Origin: a virus
Lineage: Duplodnaviria; Caudoviricetes
Strand: one strand, 5' to 3'
Virus record (IMG/VR): IMGVR_UViG_3300036546_000248
DNA: 64,000 nucleotides
Under the pieces are notes generated by a model. That model saw nothing but the letters and a program-made list of their open reading frames with translations. It had not been told where the DNA came from and searched no databases. Below, piece after piece: positions 47,662-56,239 of this stretch; within the stretch, counting starts at the first letter, position 1, and each line of letters starts with the position of its first letter. A program made the translations under genes and the position numbers.

Positions 47662-49719
47662 ATGATCACAATCAAAAACGCTGCCCCTCGCGCCATCCTG
47701 AACGGTATCAAGGATGAGTCTGGTCGCGCTCCGGTCTACCAACCGGAAGCACGTCCCACTCACATGCCGCATGTGTTTCTGTTTGCACAGCGCGGTCCTC
47801 TGGTTCCTCAGGTTGTCGTGGGTGACAGTCTTGTCTCCACCTACGGCGCGGAGTCTTTCGACTACCGCTCCAAGTACGCTACTCACCAGACGGTGCTGAT
47901 CAACACCGTTAACGGTCGCGGCAACATGATGGTTGCTCAGCGTGTAGTAGCCGAAGACGCAGCCATCGCTGCACTGGTTCTGTGGGCTGACTACGTGGCC
48001 GATGACGTTCCGGACTTCCAGCGTACTGAAAACGGCCGCTTCCTCCTGGACGCCGAGGGCAAGCGCATTCCGACCGGCCAAACCGTTCCGGGTATCCGCG
48101 TTCGCTACGAGATCAGCGGTCTGGAAGCAGAACAGGATCTGCACACCCTGGAGCCTCGCGTAGGTACCCTGGTGGCTGAATCCGACGGTACTCAATCGAC
48201 CATGGTTCCGCTGCACGCTTGGCGTGTCTCGTCCCACGGTTCGTTCGGTGACCTCGTCGGTATCCGTCTGTCGTCCCCGACCATCGACTCTTCGTCGCCG
48301 GTTAACGACGAACTGATCGAAACGGCTCGTGCCTACATGTACCGCCTCGCGATGGTTGAGCGCCCCTCGATCAACAGCCTGCCGGTTGTGAAGGAAACCC
48401 TGTATGGTGACCAGTTCATCGACTTCACCTACAAGCCGGGCGTGATCAACGCCAAAACCGATACCGAAGTGTCGGTTGATGACATCCTGCTCCAGAGCTG
48501 GAACCAAGAGGCCTCCAACGGTCTGCCACCGACCATCGGTCTGATCAACGATCAGCACGTCTACTTCGACAACATCGAAGCCCTGCTGACCAAGATCCAG
48601 GAAAACGAAAGCCTGCACGGCCTGGTCTCCGAGTCCGAAGACGACCTGCACATGGTCAACTTCATCGGCGGTCACGACTACAACGGTACGCCGTACTACA
48701 GTCTGGTCATCGAAGGGCCTTCGGCGGGTGGTATCCTGCTGAACGAGAACTCGACCCATTATGCCCGTGGCGGTGCTGACGGCACGATGGATTTCGAAAC
48801 CTTCGATCGTCTGGTCGGCGACATCTGCGCCAACTACGGTGAAGGTGAATACCACTTCCTCGACAGCGCGGTCTACCCGCAGTCGATCATCTGGGATTCG
48901 GGCTTCAGCCTGGAAACCAAGAAGAAGTTGCTCACCGTTCTCGGCCGTCGTAAAGACATCGCTGTGATCCTGTCCACCCAGGACGTGTCGCAGCCGCAGA
49001 ACAGCAACTCGGAAGAATCCTCGATCGCCGTTTCGCTGCGTACGGCTGCCCGCATGTTCCCGGAATCGGAAGTCTACGGTACCTCCGTTTGCCGCGCCAT
49101 GGTTGTCGGTCATTCCGGTTATCTGGTCAACTCCAAGTGGAAGCAGCTGACGCCGCTGACCATCGAGCTGGCGGATAAGTGTGCGGCTTACATGGGTGCC
49201 GGCGACGGCGTCTGGAAGTCCCGCGCCAAGTTCGACATCTCTCCGGCCAACCAAGTCACCATGTTCCGCGGTGTGAACTCGACCTATAAAAAGGCCAACG
49301 TTCGCTCCAACGATTGGGACGCAGGTCTGGTCTGGGTACAGAACTTCGACCGCCGCAGCCAGTTCTTCCCTGGTCTGCAAACCGTGTACGACGACGACAC
49401 CAGCATCCTGAACTCCATGTTCAACATGCTGATCGCCGTTGAACTCGAGAAGGTTGCTGAAATCACCTGGCGTCAGCTGACTGGTATTTCCGGTCTCACT
49501 GAAAACCAGTTCATCACCCGTTCGAACCGTCTGATCGAAGAAGCCGTCAAAGGTCGCTTCGATAACCGCGTTGTGATCGTCCCGGATACCTTCGTATCCG
49601 AAGCCGACCAGCAGCGTGGCTTCAGCTGGGGTTGCAACATCGTGATGTACGGCAACAACATGAAAACCGTGGGCTCGTTCACCATCGTAGCCCGCCGTCG
49701 TGAGGACCTCGAACAATGA
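47662..49719 (+). CDS. Contractile tail sheath protein (phiKZ gp29-like)
   Basis: 685 aa from MITIKNAAP with GGAG RBS; HMPHVFLFAQRGP; high-expression codon bias; followed by the tube gene. Confidence 0.82.
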   Translation: MITIKNAAPRAILNGIKDESGRAPVYQPEARPTHMPHVFLFAQRGPLVPQVVVGDSLVSTYGAESFDYRSKYATHQTVLINTVNGRGNMMVAQRVVAEDAAIAALVLWADYVADDVPDFQRTENGRFLLDAEGKRIPTGQTVPGIRVRYEISGLEAEQDLHTLEPRVGTLVAESDGTQSTMVPLHAWRVSSHGSFGDLVGIRLSSPTIDSSSPVNDELIETARAYMYRLAMVERPSINSLPVVKETLYGDQFIDFTYKPGVINAKTDTEVSVDDILLQSWNQEASNGLPPTIGLINDQHVYFDNIEALLTKIQENESLHGLVSESEDDLHMVNFIGGHDYNGTPYYSLVIEGPSAGGILLNENSTHYARGGADGTMDFETFDRLVGDICANYGEGEYHFLDSAVYPQSIIWDSGFSLETKKKLLTVLGRRKDIAVILSTQDVSQPQNSNSEESSIAVSLRTAARMFPESEVYGTSVCRAMVVGHSGYLVNSKWKQLTPLTIELADKCAAYMGAGDGVWKSRAKFDISPANQVTMFRGVNSTYKKANVRSNDWDAGLVWVQNFDRRSQFFPGLQTVYDDDTSILNSMFNMLIAVELEKVAEITWRQLTGISGLTENQFITRSNRLIEEAVKGRFDNRVVIVPDTFVSEADQQRGFSWGCNIVMYGNNMKTVGSFTIVARRREDLEQ

Positions 49720-50585
49720 GCCGCCTAGCAGATACGCTCCTTGACAACAAGGGGTTCAACCAGTACGGTCAGGCGCCTGCCGTAGACATCCGTAAGGGTG
49801 GTCAAATGGGCCATGCTCCGGTATTCGACTCCTACGTGTCGAACGCTTCGTACATCCGCCGCAACCTGATCGCGATCCTCATCGAGGCACCGCGTGGGTT
49901 CCAGGACCTCGAAGACCCGGAGTACTGGGTAGCTACGCTGAAGAACCTGGTCGAGCTGGCTCCGCTGACCATCGAAGGGCTGAATCAAACCCTCTCGGTG
50001 GAACACAGCGAGAACCCGTTCGGTGGTGCTGGTGAGATGCAACAAGACATCACCAACGTCACTCGTCAGCGTTCGACGCCGTCGTTCACTTGGAACGAGA
50101 AGTACGGTCGCTCGGTCGCCAACTTCCTGAACGGTTGGACTCTCAACCTGATCATGGACCCGGAAACCAAGTACCCGCGTGTGGTCAAGCTCGCCAGCCG
50201 TCCGGTTGACCTGCTGCCCGACTACACCGGCATGACCGTACTGTTCATCGAACCCGATCCGACCCACTCCAAAGTGGTAACGTCGTGGCTCTCGACGAAC
50301 ATGCGTCCGAACGGCACCGTGGCTGAAATCCAAGGTCGTCGTGAACTGACCGCCGCCGGTGACAAGACCGACTACACGGTTGAGTTCACTGCGCTGACTC
50401 AGGTCGGTGAAGGTGTGGACCTGCTGGCTCAGGAATTCCTGGACCGCATGACCCTCACTGGCGCCAACCAGAACCTGCGTCAAGCCTTCATCACCGAAAT
50501 CGACGCCGACGTCGAGGCCGCTGGTGCAGACGGCAACGGTTACAGCGAGCAGATGGAAGAGATCGCAGCTGCGGCTGTCCTCTAA
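49716..50585 (+). CDS. Tail tube protein (phiKZ gp30-like)
   Basis: 289 aa, ATGA-coupled to the sheath; high-expression codon bias. Confidence 0.78.
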   Translation: MSRLADTLLDNKGFNQYGQAPAVDIRKGGQMGHAPVFDSYVSNASYIRRNLIAILIEAPRGFQDLEDPEYWVATLKNLVELAPLTIEGLNQTLSVEHSENPFGGAGEMQQDITNVTRQRSTPSFTWNEKYGRSVANFLNGWTLNLIMDPETKYPRVVKLASRPVDLLPDYTGMTVLFIEPDPTHSKVVTSWLSTNMRPNGTVAEIQGRRELTAAGDKTDYTVEFTALTQVGEGVDLLAQEFLDRMTLTGANQNLRQAFITEIDADVEAAGADGNGYSEQMEEIAAAAVL

Positions 50586-50596
50586 CCCCTGGGCTG

Positions 50597-50626
50597 AGTG
50601 GCGGGCTTCGGCCTGCCACTTATGCT
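50597..50626 (+). terminator. cUUCGg hairpin plus TTATGCT after the tail tube
   Basis: AGTGGCGGGC-TTCG-GCCTGCCACT-TATGCT. Confidence 0.8.
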
Positions 50627-50691
50627 GTTATGTACCAACGCTATTTAATGAGCTTGTCTCTTAACTACAACCAATTTTAGATAGGTGTACC

Positions 50692-50775
50692 ATGCTTGCC
50701 GATCTATTCAAGGACGCACAAAAAGTTCCGGGTATTCGGATTTTGGCCAGCCGCACCATCGCTACAGCCAAGTAA
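50692..50775 (+). CDS. Possible 27-aa micro-ORF
   Basis: MLADLFKDAQKVPGIRILASRTIATAK with AGGTG RBS. Confidence 0.3.
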   Translation: MLADLFKDAQKVPGIRILASRTIATAK

Positions 50776-50825
50776 TTTCCACAAAGGGGTAGAACCATCT
50801 ACCCCGTTACAGTTAGGTGATCCCC

Positions 50826-52070
50826 ATGCTACAGAAACTGGCGCGTCCCAACCCACGCCCCACCAACCTCTCCATTGATCAGTTGCACATGATCGTACAC
50901 ACCAACCAAAACTGGCTGGTAAGTATGGAAGAGTTGGCCGATACGGTTGATGAATTGGATCATTTGGAAGTCACGCTGGAGAACCTCGATCAAGCCGGTG
51001 CGTTGAACCACGGTGTGGGTATCTTGGCCATGGAGCGCATTCAATCGCTGGAGAGCATTACCGGACGCATTCTGGGTACGCTCCCCTCGCTTGAAAGCGA
51101 TACCTATAGCAGCGAAGACTTCAAAGACAGTGTCCTGCCTGCACTACAGAGTGTTGCGCAAATGACCAGCAAGGCCTACCACGACAACTTCGCCAGTGTC
51201 CTCACGGCGTTGTCCAACGTCTCACTCGGTAGTATTCATACTGCCAAGTCGGGCCTTAAGCGCACCGATGTACTTAAGCAAAAGCTTAAAGCTGCAGACA
51301 TCAAAGGCAGTCTTGAAGTTGCTCTCTCGGGGAAGAACGTGGGAAATGCGTTTACCCGTGATGGCAAGGCTGTTCGTGAGTTGCTCCCTGCGCTGAAGAA
51401 AGATTTGGCACAAGCCAAGATCCTGATGGAAGTGATACCGGCTCAAGTGCTGGCGTTTGCCAATGAGTTCCACAAGCTGGTTGAGGGAATTGACTTGGAT
51501 TCGGACGAAGGCTTCAAACGTACGGTCCTGGACAAAATCCAAAACCTAACCCACCCCATCGAGGCTTTCTCCAAGAAGATCTCTCCAACCGAGGAGTTGC
51601 TTTTCAACACGTCGTTGTACGTGGTTAAGAAGAACGCTCCGAAGGCTCGGGGTATCAGCAACGACTACGTCCATCTAGCAGACCTTGCAACGAAGCAGGT
51701 GGTGCGCGAGCGCGGCGGTAAGCCCCTACAACGGTCTGACTCAGCAAAGCTCACCAAGAGCGATTTAGAGGCCTTGCTGGAGTGCTCGGCGGCCTACTGT
51801 GAACTGGTGATCTCTGGTTGGGGAACTTATCGGAAAATGTCCAGTGCTTTGCAACGAGTCATGCGCTCGATTCAAAAGCTGGACTACAGTGCCGGTGAGT
51901 TGAAATCGTCGGATAACATCCACGCCCTCAAGCAGTTGGTCAAGATCTCCAAACACATCCCCCAGTACTACCGCAGTCCACTGGCGGATGAGACCGATCG
52001 CTGCATCAAGATGGCGCTGGCCACTCGTGTTGTGGTATCACGAGCAATCAAAAGCGACACGCCGGCATAA
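50826..52070 (+). CDS. Internal head (inner-body/ejection family-like) protein with propeptide
   Basis: Acidic N-terminal region with VSMEE, QSLES and PSLES protease motifs, then a helical mature domain. Confidence 0.7.
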   Translation: MLQKLARPNPRPTNLSIDQLHMIVHTNQNWLVSMEELADTVDELDHLEVTLENLDQAGALNHGVGILAMERIQSLESITGRILGTLPSLESDTYSSEDFKDSVLPALQSVAQMTSKAYHDNFASVLTALSNVSLGSIHTAKSGLKRTDVLKQKLKAADIKGSLEVALSGKNVGNAFTRDGKAVRELLPALKKDLAQAKILMEVIPAQVLAFANEFHKLVEGIDLDSDEGFKRTVLDKIQNLTHPIEAFSKKISPTEELLFNTSLYVVKKNAPKARGISNDYVHLADLATKQVVRERGGKPLQRSDSAKLTKSDLEALLECSAAYCELVISGWGTYRKMSSALQRVMRSIQKLDYSAGELKSSDNIHALKQLVKISKHIPQYYRSPLADETDRCIKMALATRVVVSRAIKSDTPA

Positions 52071-52114
52071 AAGCAAAAAAAAGAAAGGGGCGAGAGTCCC
52101 TTTCTTTTTATGCC
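52064..52114. terminator. Bidirectional GGCATAA-hairpin-TTATGCC element
   Basis: AAAGAAAGGG...CCCTTTCTTT between convergent genes; both stop codons lie inside the motif. Confidence 0.78.
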
Positions 52115-52332
52115 ACGAAGCGAAAGACAACAGTCTTTTCCTCACGGCGATCTACTTCGTACAGCTCTACGTGAACACCCAAATCCGACACAGCGACTGT
52201 AAGGATCACAGCAACCGAGACTTTCAAGGCGATGGTGCGAGCCACCACTTTATCCAAGCCGGCTTTGATAAGCTCTTTGTAGTTTTCGATTATACGCATT
52301 TGTTTCAAAGTTAACATTTTTTCCATTTTCAT
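52108..52332 (-). CDS. Small hypothetical protein
   Basis: 74 aa with AGGA RBS. Confidence 0.55.
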   Translation of the reverse strand: MKMEKMLTLKQMRIIENYKELIKAGLDKVVARTIALKVSVAVILTVAVSDLGVHVELYEVDRREEKTVVFRFVA

Positions 52333-52397
52333 TTTCTTTTTCCTATTTAAGGTTAAATTGGGCGTAGACGTCTAAGACGCCTACGCCACTGTTTTCG

Positions 52398-52775
52398 TTA
52401 TGCCGCTTTAGCAGCAGAGTCTTTAACGGGGATGATCTCGAGGAATTTCCCCAGCCGACCTTCGTCGTCATTGTAGCGCTGGCAGCGCTCATCCATACTC
52501 AGACTGACGAACTCCACAGTACCCCCTACCGAATTGCGGCTAAGGGTGATCTCGTCATCGGTGATGTCGATGTGGTTGATGCAGAACAGCACCCCGTCAA
52601 GCAGGGCAACCAGAACCGGGTTCTTTGCCTGCGGTCCCTGTTGAAAAACACCCACATGGGTGATCTGAATCTTGCCATTAGGACGATGCTCATCCCCGAT
52701 CAAGCCATTGCAGGCTTTGATCTTAGCGATGGCGGCTTCATGATGACGCTTGATGTTTTCGCTGGTGTAGGACAT
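52398..52775 (-). CDS. Small early hypothetical protein
   Basis: 125 aa from MSYTSEN with AGGAGAAC leader. Confidence 0.7.
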   Translation of the reverse strand: MSYTSENIKRHHEAAIAKIKACNGLIGDEHRPNGKIQITHVGVFQQGPQAKNPVLVALLDGVLFCINHIDITDDEITLSRNSVGGTVEFVSLSMDERCQRYNDDEGRLGKFLEIIPVKDSAAKAA

Positions 52776-52837
52776 TGTTTGTTCTCCTAAGAACTTGAGG
52801 TTAGTGGGTAGGTGCTTCTGCACCTACCTAAGGGGTC

Positions 52838-53194
52838 TTACTTCAGGAAGAACTCTTTCAGTTCATCCATTGGCAATACAAGGACCAGGTTCTGCAGCTC
52901 GTCGACCGAGTTAATCTCGATCTCACCGAGCGACCAGTTGCCTTTGTGGTGGGTCAGGGTGATGCCCTTGGCGGTCAGCTTGAAGACGGTGGTGCCCGAG
53001 GTTTTGAATTCACCTTGGGCCTTGGAGTAGGCAACGTCTTTGAAATCCCAAACCAACTGAATTTCTTCAACCTTGAATTCACCCTCACCTTTGACGGCGA
53101 AGGCGAAGTTTTTCAGTTTGATACTGCCATTACCACTGCCTTTGTAGTCAGCGACGATTTTGGCTACGATGTTCATTGCGATTTGCTTGTTCAT
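52838..53194 (-). CDS. Small early Lys-rich protein
   Basis: 118 aa with AAGGAGAAC leader. Confidence 0.7.
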   Translation of the reverse strand: MNKQIAMNIVAKIVADYKGSGNGSIKLKNFAFAVKGEGEFKVEEIQLVWDFKDVAYSKAQGEFKTSGTTVFKLTAKGITLTHHKGNWSLGEIEINSVDELQNLVLVLPMDELKEFFLK

Positions 53195-53221
53195 GGTTGT
53201 TCTCCTTAGAACTGGGGTTGG

Positions 53222-53470
53222 TTAGAAGCCGAGGGTTTGTTTAGCGTTGCGTTCTGTCACTTTGTCACCTACCCAGACTTTAGCAGTGGTCTGGATGAAG
53301 TAACCATTCTCATCAATGCTGGTCTGAGTCATGTCACAAAAGCCTTCGGAGCAATTGCTCAGAGGCGACTTGTAGGTCAGGTCTTTGGTAACGTTGTAGG
53401 TGGCGACTAGAGAGATCAGAGTACCGATCACAGCGATGATGGAGATAGCGCGGATGATGTTGAAAGTCAT
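53222..53470 (-). CDS. Small early membrane-anchored or exported protein
   Basis: N-terminal hydrophobic helix, CSEGFC pair. Confidence 0.7.
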   Translation of the reverse strand: MTFNIIRAISIIAVIGTLISLVATYNVTKDLTYKSPLSNCSEGFCDMTQTSIDENGYFIQTTAKVWVGDKVTERNAKQTLGF

Positions 53471-53528
53471 GGTTAGTTCTCCTTAGAACTGATGGGTAGA
53501 TACAGTTTATTGTATCCTATTCACCTGA

Positions 53529-53536
53529 GTAATATA
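53529..53536 (-). promoter_or_regulatory. Early promoter TATATTAC
   Basis: Exact consensus in the same TCAGATCTATATTAC context as the 42227 copy. Confidence 0.8.
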
Positions 53537-53610
53537 GATCTGAAAAAATTTTAATTGGCATTTTGGCCATAACGCACTCCTAGGGGCAAAAGCCCCTAGG
53601 AGTGCAGGTA

Positions 53611-54135
53611 CTACTTACAGAAGTCAGCGTAGTTGAAGACCGCCGTCTTTTTGCCCATGGTGATTACGTAGAGTTCGGCTGGCATCAGGATTTGTATCCC
53701 ACGTTCCCCTTCACCCACGTACACCGATTTCCACGCACCTTCGCTCAACCCCACGATGTTCATAGCTGTGCCTCGCACATCCACCTCAGTACTTTCAGTG
53801 ACCTTCTTACTCTCACGGTATTGGATACCGAAGAACTCTTTTTGCATGTAGGAGTATTCGCGTTTACCCGTCAGTTCGAGGTTCTGTTCTTCACTGACGT
53901 ACTTACAGGTGCGGTAGTCAGTAACTCGTACGCCCGGCTTTTTGTACTCAAGGTACACCCGGTACCCTGCCGCCGAGACCGCAGCAATGAGGAAGAGAGT
54001 AAGGACAGTCAGTACTATCCAAAGTACTTTGCGGGACTTACGCTTGGATTCCAAACGCTTTCGAGCCTCAGCCCCTGCGTCGCGATTCAGTTCGGAAGTC
54101 TCAACCAGCTTTTCAATGTCGCCCATATGAGTCAT
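53611..54135 (-). CDS. Single-pass membrane protein
   Basis: KSRK followed by a 22-aa TM helix and a beta-rich C-terminal domain. Confidence 0.68.
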   Translation of the reverse strand: MTHMGDIEKLVETSELNRDAGAEARKRLESKRKSRKVLWIVLTVLTLFLIAAVSAAGYRVYLEYKKPGVRVTDYRTCKYVSEEQNLELTGKREYSYMQKEFFGIQYRESKKVTESTEVDVRGTAMNIVGLSEGAWKSVYVGEGERGIQILMPAELYVITMGKKTAVFNYADFCK

Positions 54136-54208
54136 GTCACAATGCTCCAGTTTAAGGTTAGGTATTACACGGCATAAAGGGCTAGGTTAACCTAGCCCTC
54201 GATGTTTG

Positions 54209-54616
54209 TTATCGACGATAGCCCAAGGCCAGATATGGATCTTCACGATCCTCGTCATTAGAAACCACCAGCACCGGTTTAGGGAGCTTAGGCGGTTCCG
54301 GCTGGGTATCCTTGATGGCACGATCCAAGTCGCTTGCCGCCAAGATCTTACCCATCCAGTCGACATTAAAGCCCGCGAAGGAGCGCTTGCCTTTGATGCT
54401 GATTACCCCACGCCGAACATGGAGATATTGAAGCAGTTGGTGAATACGAGCTTCTTCAGCCATCACTTCGTAATAGACAGCTTCCGGATACCGTAGACAC
54501 AACTCTGACAATTGGCTCAGAGGAAATGCTTCGTTAACCTGTAGGATATCGAGCACCCGCTTAACTTCATCGTCATTGTCCGCCAAGACGATATTGAGAC
54601 CTTGCTCATTACGCAT
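54209..54616 (-). CDS. Hypothetical protein
   Basis: 135 aa with GGGAG RBS. Confidence 0.6.
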   Translation of the reverse strand: MRNEQGLNIVLADNDDEVKRVLDILQVNEAFPLSQLSELCLRYPEAVYYEVMAEEARIHQLLQYLHVRRGVISIKGKRSFAGFNVDWMGKILAASDLDRAIKDTQPEPPKLPKPVLVVSNDEDREDPYLALGYRR

Positions 54617-54652
54617 AGCACAACTCCCCCAACGATGCCCAATGGGCGATAG

Positions 54653-55549
54653 TTAATTGATCAACACAACATCCAGGTCCAGTTGGCGCTGACCTAGAAA
54701 GGCATAGAAGGCTGAACGTCGAACTTTGGTGAACACCAAGGTCGCGTCATCGACGTATACTCGGTCAAACCGTTCACGCAGTTCATCACGACCGTAAGGC
54801 TTGCGCATTTGGTCGATGGCTTCTTGGAGTTCTTCTTCGGTATAGACCCGATCACGAACCGTTCTATCATAGTGTTGATTGAACGCTGCGCTCAAAGGCT
54901 CGCGCACAATGGCAATGGCCTCAGGGTTGTCTACCAACTCTTCTAGCACCCAACGGGTTTTCCCCGATTGTCTTGGTGCAGTAAAGCCTACGGTACAAAA
55001 GTCGCTTAAGTATTGCCCCCGACTAACGCCTTCAGGAATGCTTCCAGAGCGATTCCGTCGAGCCGTCGTGAGCATGGTTTGTACGATGCTACTAAAGATG
55101 TTGTCCGGTTGTTTTGGTGAGTTCACTTCATTAATCCTTCCCCGTGCATGATTCTGCCGTTCGCCGGGACCCATGGTCAATTCTCCCATCAGTCTCAGCT
55201 CAACGCCCTCTTCCTTCGCATAGGATTGGAAGTAGCTGGCGAGCAAGTGACGGTGACAGAACTTACCGGAGGAGCAGAAGCAGGCAAAAGCAAAACGAGG
55301 CAAAGCTAATAACTCACGCCATTTATCAGCGTTGGCAACAACACTGTAATCCAACATCCGGATGTAGGTATTGGTGTATTCCTCCTCGGTGATCTCTCCG
55401 GACTTGACGCCCATGACGATATCCCACGAAGGAGCAAGAAAACCATAACCTGATTTAGGGGCTGATTTAACTGTGGTGTCCACCACCACGATGTTCTTGG
55501 ATTGGGCCAGTCGCCAGCGTGCCAGTTGGACAGTATAGAGTTCAATCAT
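54653..55549 (-). CDS. DUF488-like domain fused to a small P-loop NTPase-like domain
   Basis: N-terminal LAPSWDI...EEEYTNTY...CFC...CHRHLL; C-terminal APRQSGKT and VYVDD. Confidence 0.65.
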   Translation of the reverse strand: MIELYTVQLARWRLAQSKNIVVVDTTVKSAPKSGYGFLAPSWDIVMGVKSGEITEEEYTNTYIRMLDYSVVANADKWRELLALPRFAFACFCSSGKFCHRHLLASYFQSYAKEEGVELRLMGELTMGPGERQNHARGRINEVNSPKQPDNIFSSIVQTMLTTARRNRSGSIPEGVSRGQYLSDFCTVGFTAPRQSGKTRWVLEELVDNPEAIAIVREPLSAAFNQHYDRTVRDRVYTEEELQEAIDQMRKPYGRDELRERFDRVYVDDATLVFTKVRRSAFYAFLGQRQLDLDVVLIN

Positions 55550-55629
55550 CACACAAACCTTCAAAAAGAAAAGGGCGACCAGCTAGCATAAAACCCAACG
55601 GGGGCGAACCCCCGTTGGATCACGCAGGC

Positions 55630-56109
55630 TTAGTCGGCCAGAGCAGCGGCAGCCAGGGCACCGATGTGGGTGCGCACTTTCTTCAGCTCACCCTTGTTAC
55701 CGTTGCTGGCCACTTCGTAGCTCGCTTCGATAACGCCGTACTTGGTGATCTTCGCGTTCGGGTCACGAACTTCACCTTCCTTCGGAATGCCACCGGCCGG
55801 GTATTCGCGGCTGCGGATGACCGCGGTGGAGATCTTGTCGCCCACTGCCGGGATTTCAGCAGTCACGCGCTGCAGGTCTTTGTCGGCCTTGAAAGCATCG
55901 ATGGCCAGCTCGCCAACCGCCATTGCCGAAGCGGCAACCAGTGCGGTGTTGTGCTGTTGGATTGCCTTGATCTGGTCAGCGGTGATCCCTTCGGGCAGGG
56001 ACTTCTCGTAGAGACCTTCTTCGGCCAGCACCACGCCGTTGTCGGCGAGGGTGAACATCGGCTTGATCTTGGCGGCCAGATCTTGTACAGCTTGCTTGAC
56101 GTCGGACAT
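55630..56109 (-). CDS. Highly expressed early hypothetical protein
   Basis: 159 aa, Ala-rich, C-ending codon bias, own TATATTAC promoter and terminator. Confidence 0.75.
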   Translation of the reverse strand: MSDVKQAVQDLAAKIKPMFTLADNGVVLAEEGLYEKSLPEGITADQIKAIQQHNTALVAASAMAVGELAIDAFKADKDLQRVTAEIPAVGDKISTAVIRSREYPAGGIPKEGEVRDPNAKITKYGVIEASYEVASNGNKGELKKVRTHIGALAAAALAD

Positions 56110-56228
56110 TGCAATGTTTCCTTGTTTGCGTTTAAGGGGTTACGGGTCTTTCATACCCTTGGGTGTGACGATAATCTTTTATCGACAGACAACCCAATAC
56201 GAAGGTTCAGCGCTGAATCTTCATGTAG

Positions 56229-56236
56229 GTAATATA
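56229..56236 (-). promoter_or_regulatory. Early promoter TATATTAC
   Basis: Exact consensus followed by a GAAGATTCAG-CG-CTGAACCTTC hairpin. Confidence 0.75.
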
Positions 56237-56239
56237 GGT

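Noticed and set aside
47620-49716. 698-aa antisense ORF under the tail sheath
   Set aside because: Shadow of strongly biased codon usage on the opposite strand; no RBS, V/D/G-skewed composition, exact overlap with a real gene.
2632-53490. Interpreting the SD hairpins as CsrA/RsmA sites
   Set aside because: The GGA register differs from the CANGGANG hexaloop consensus; left as an unknown operator.
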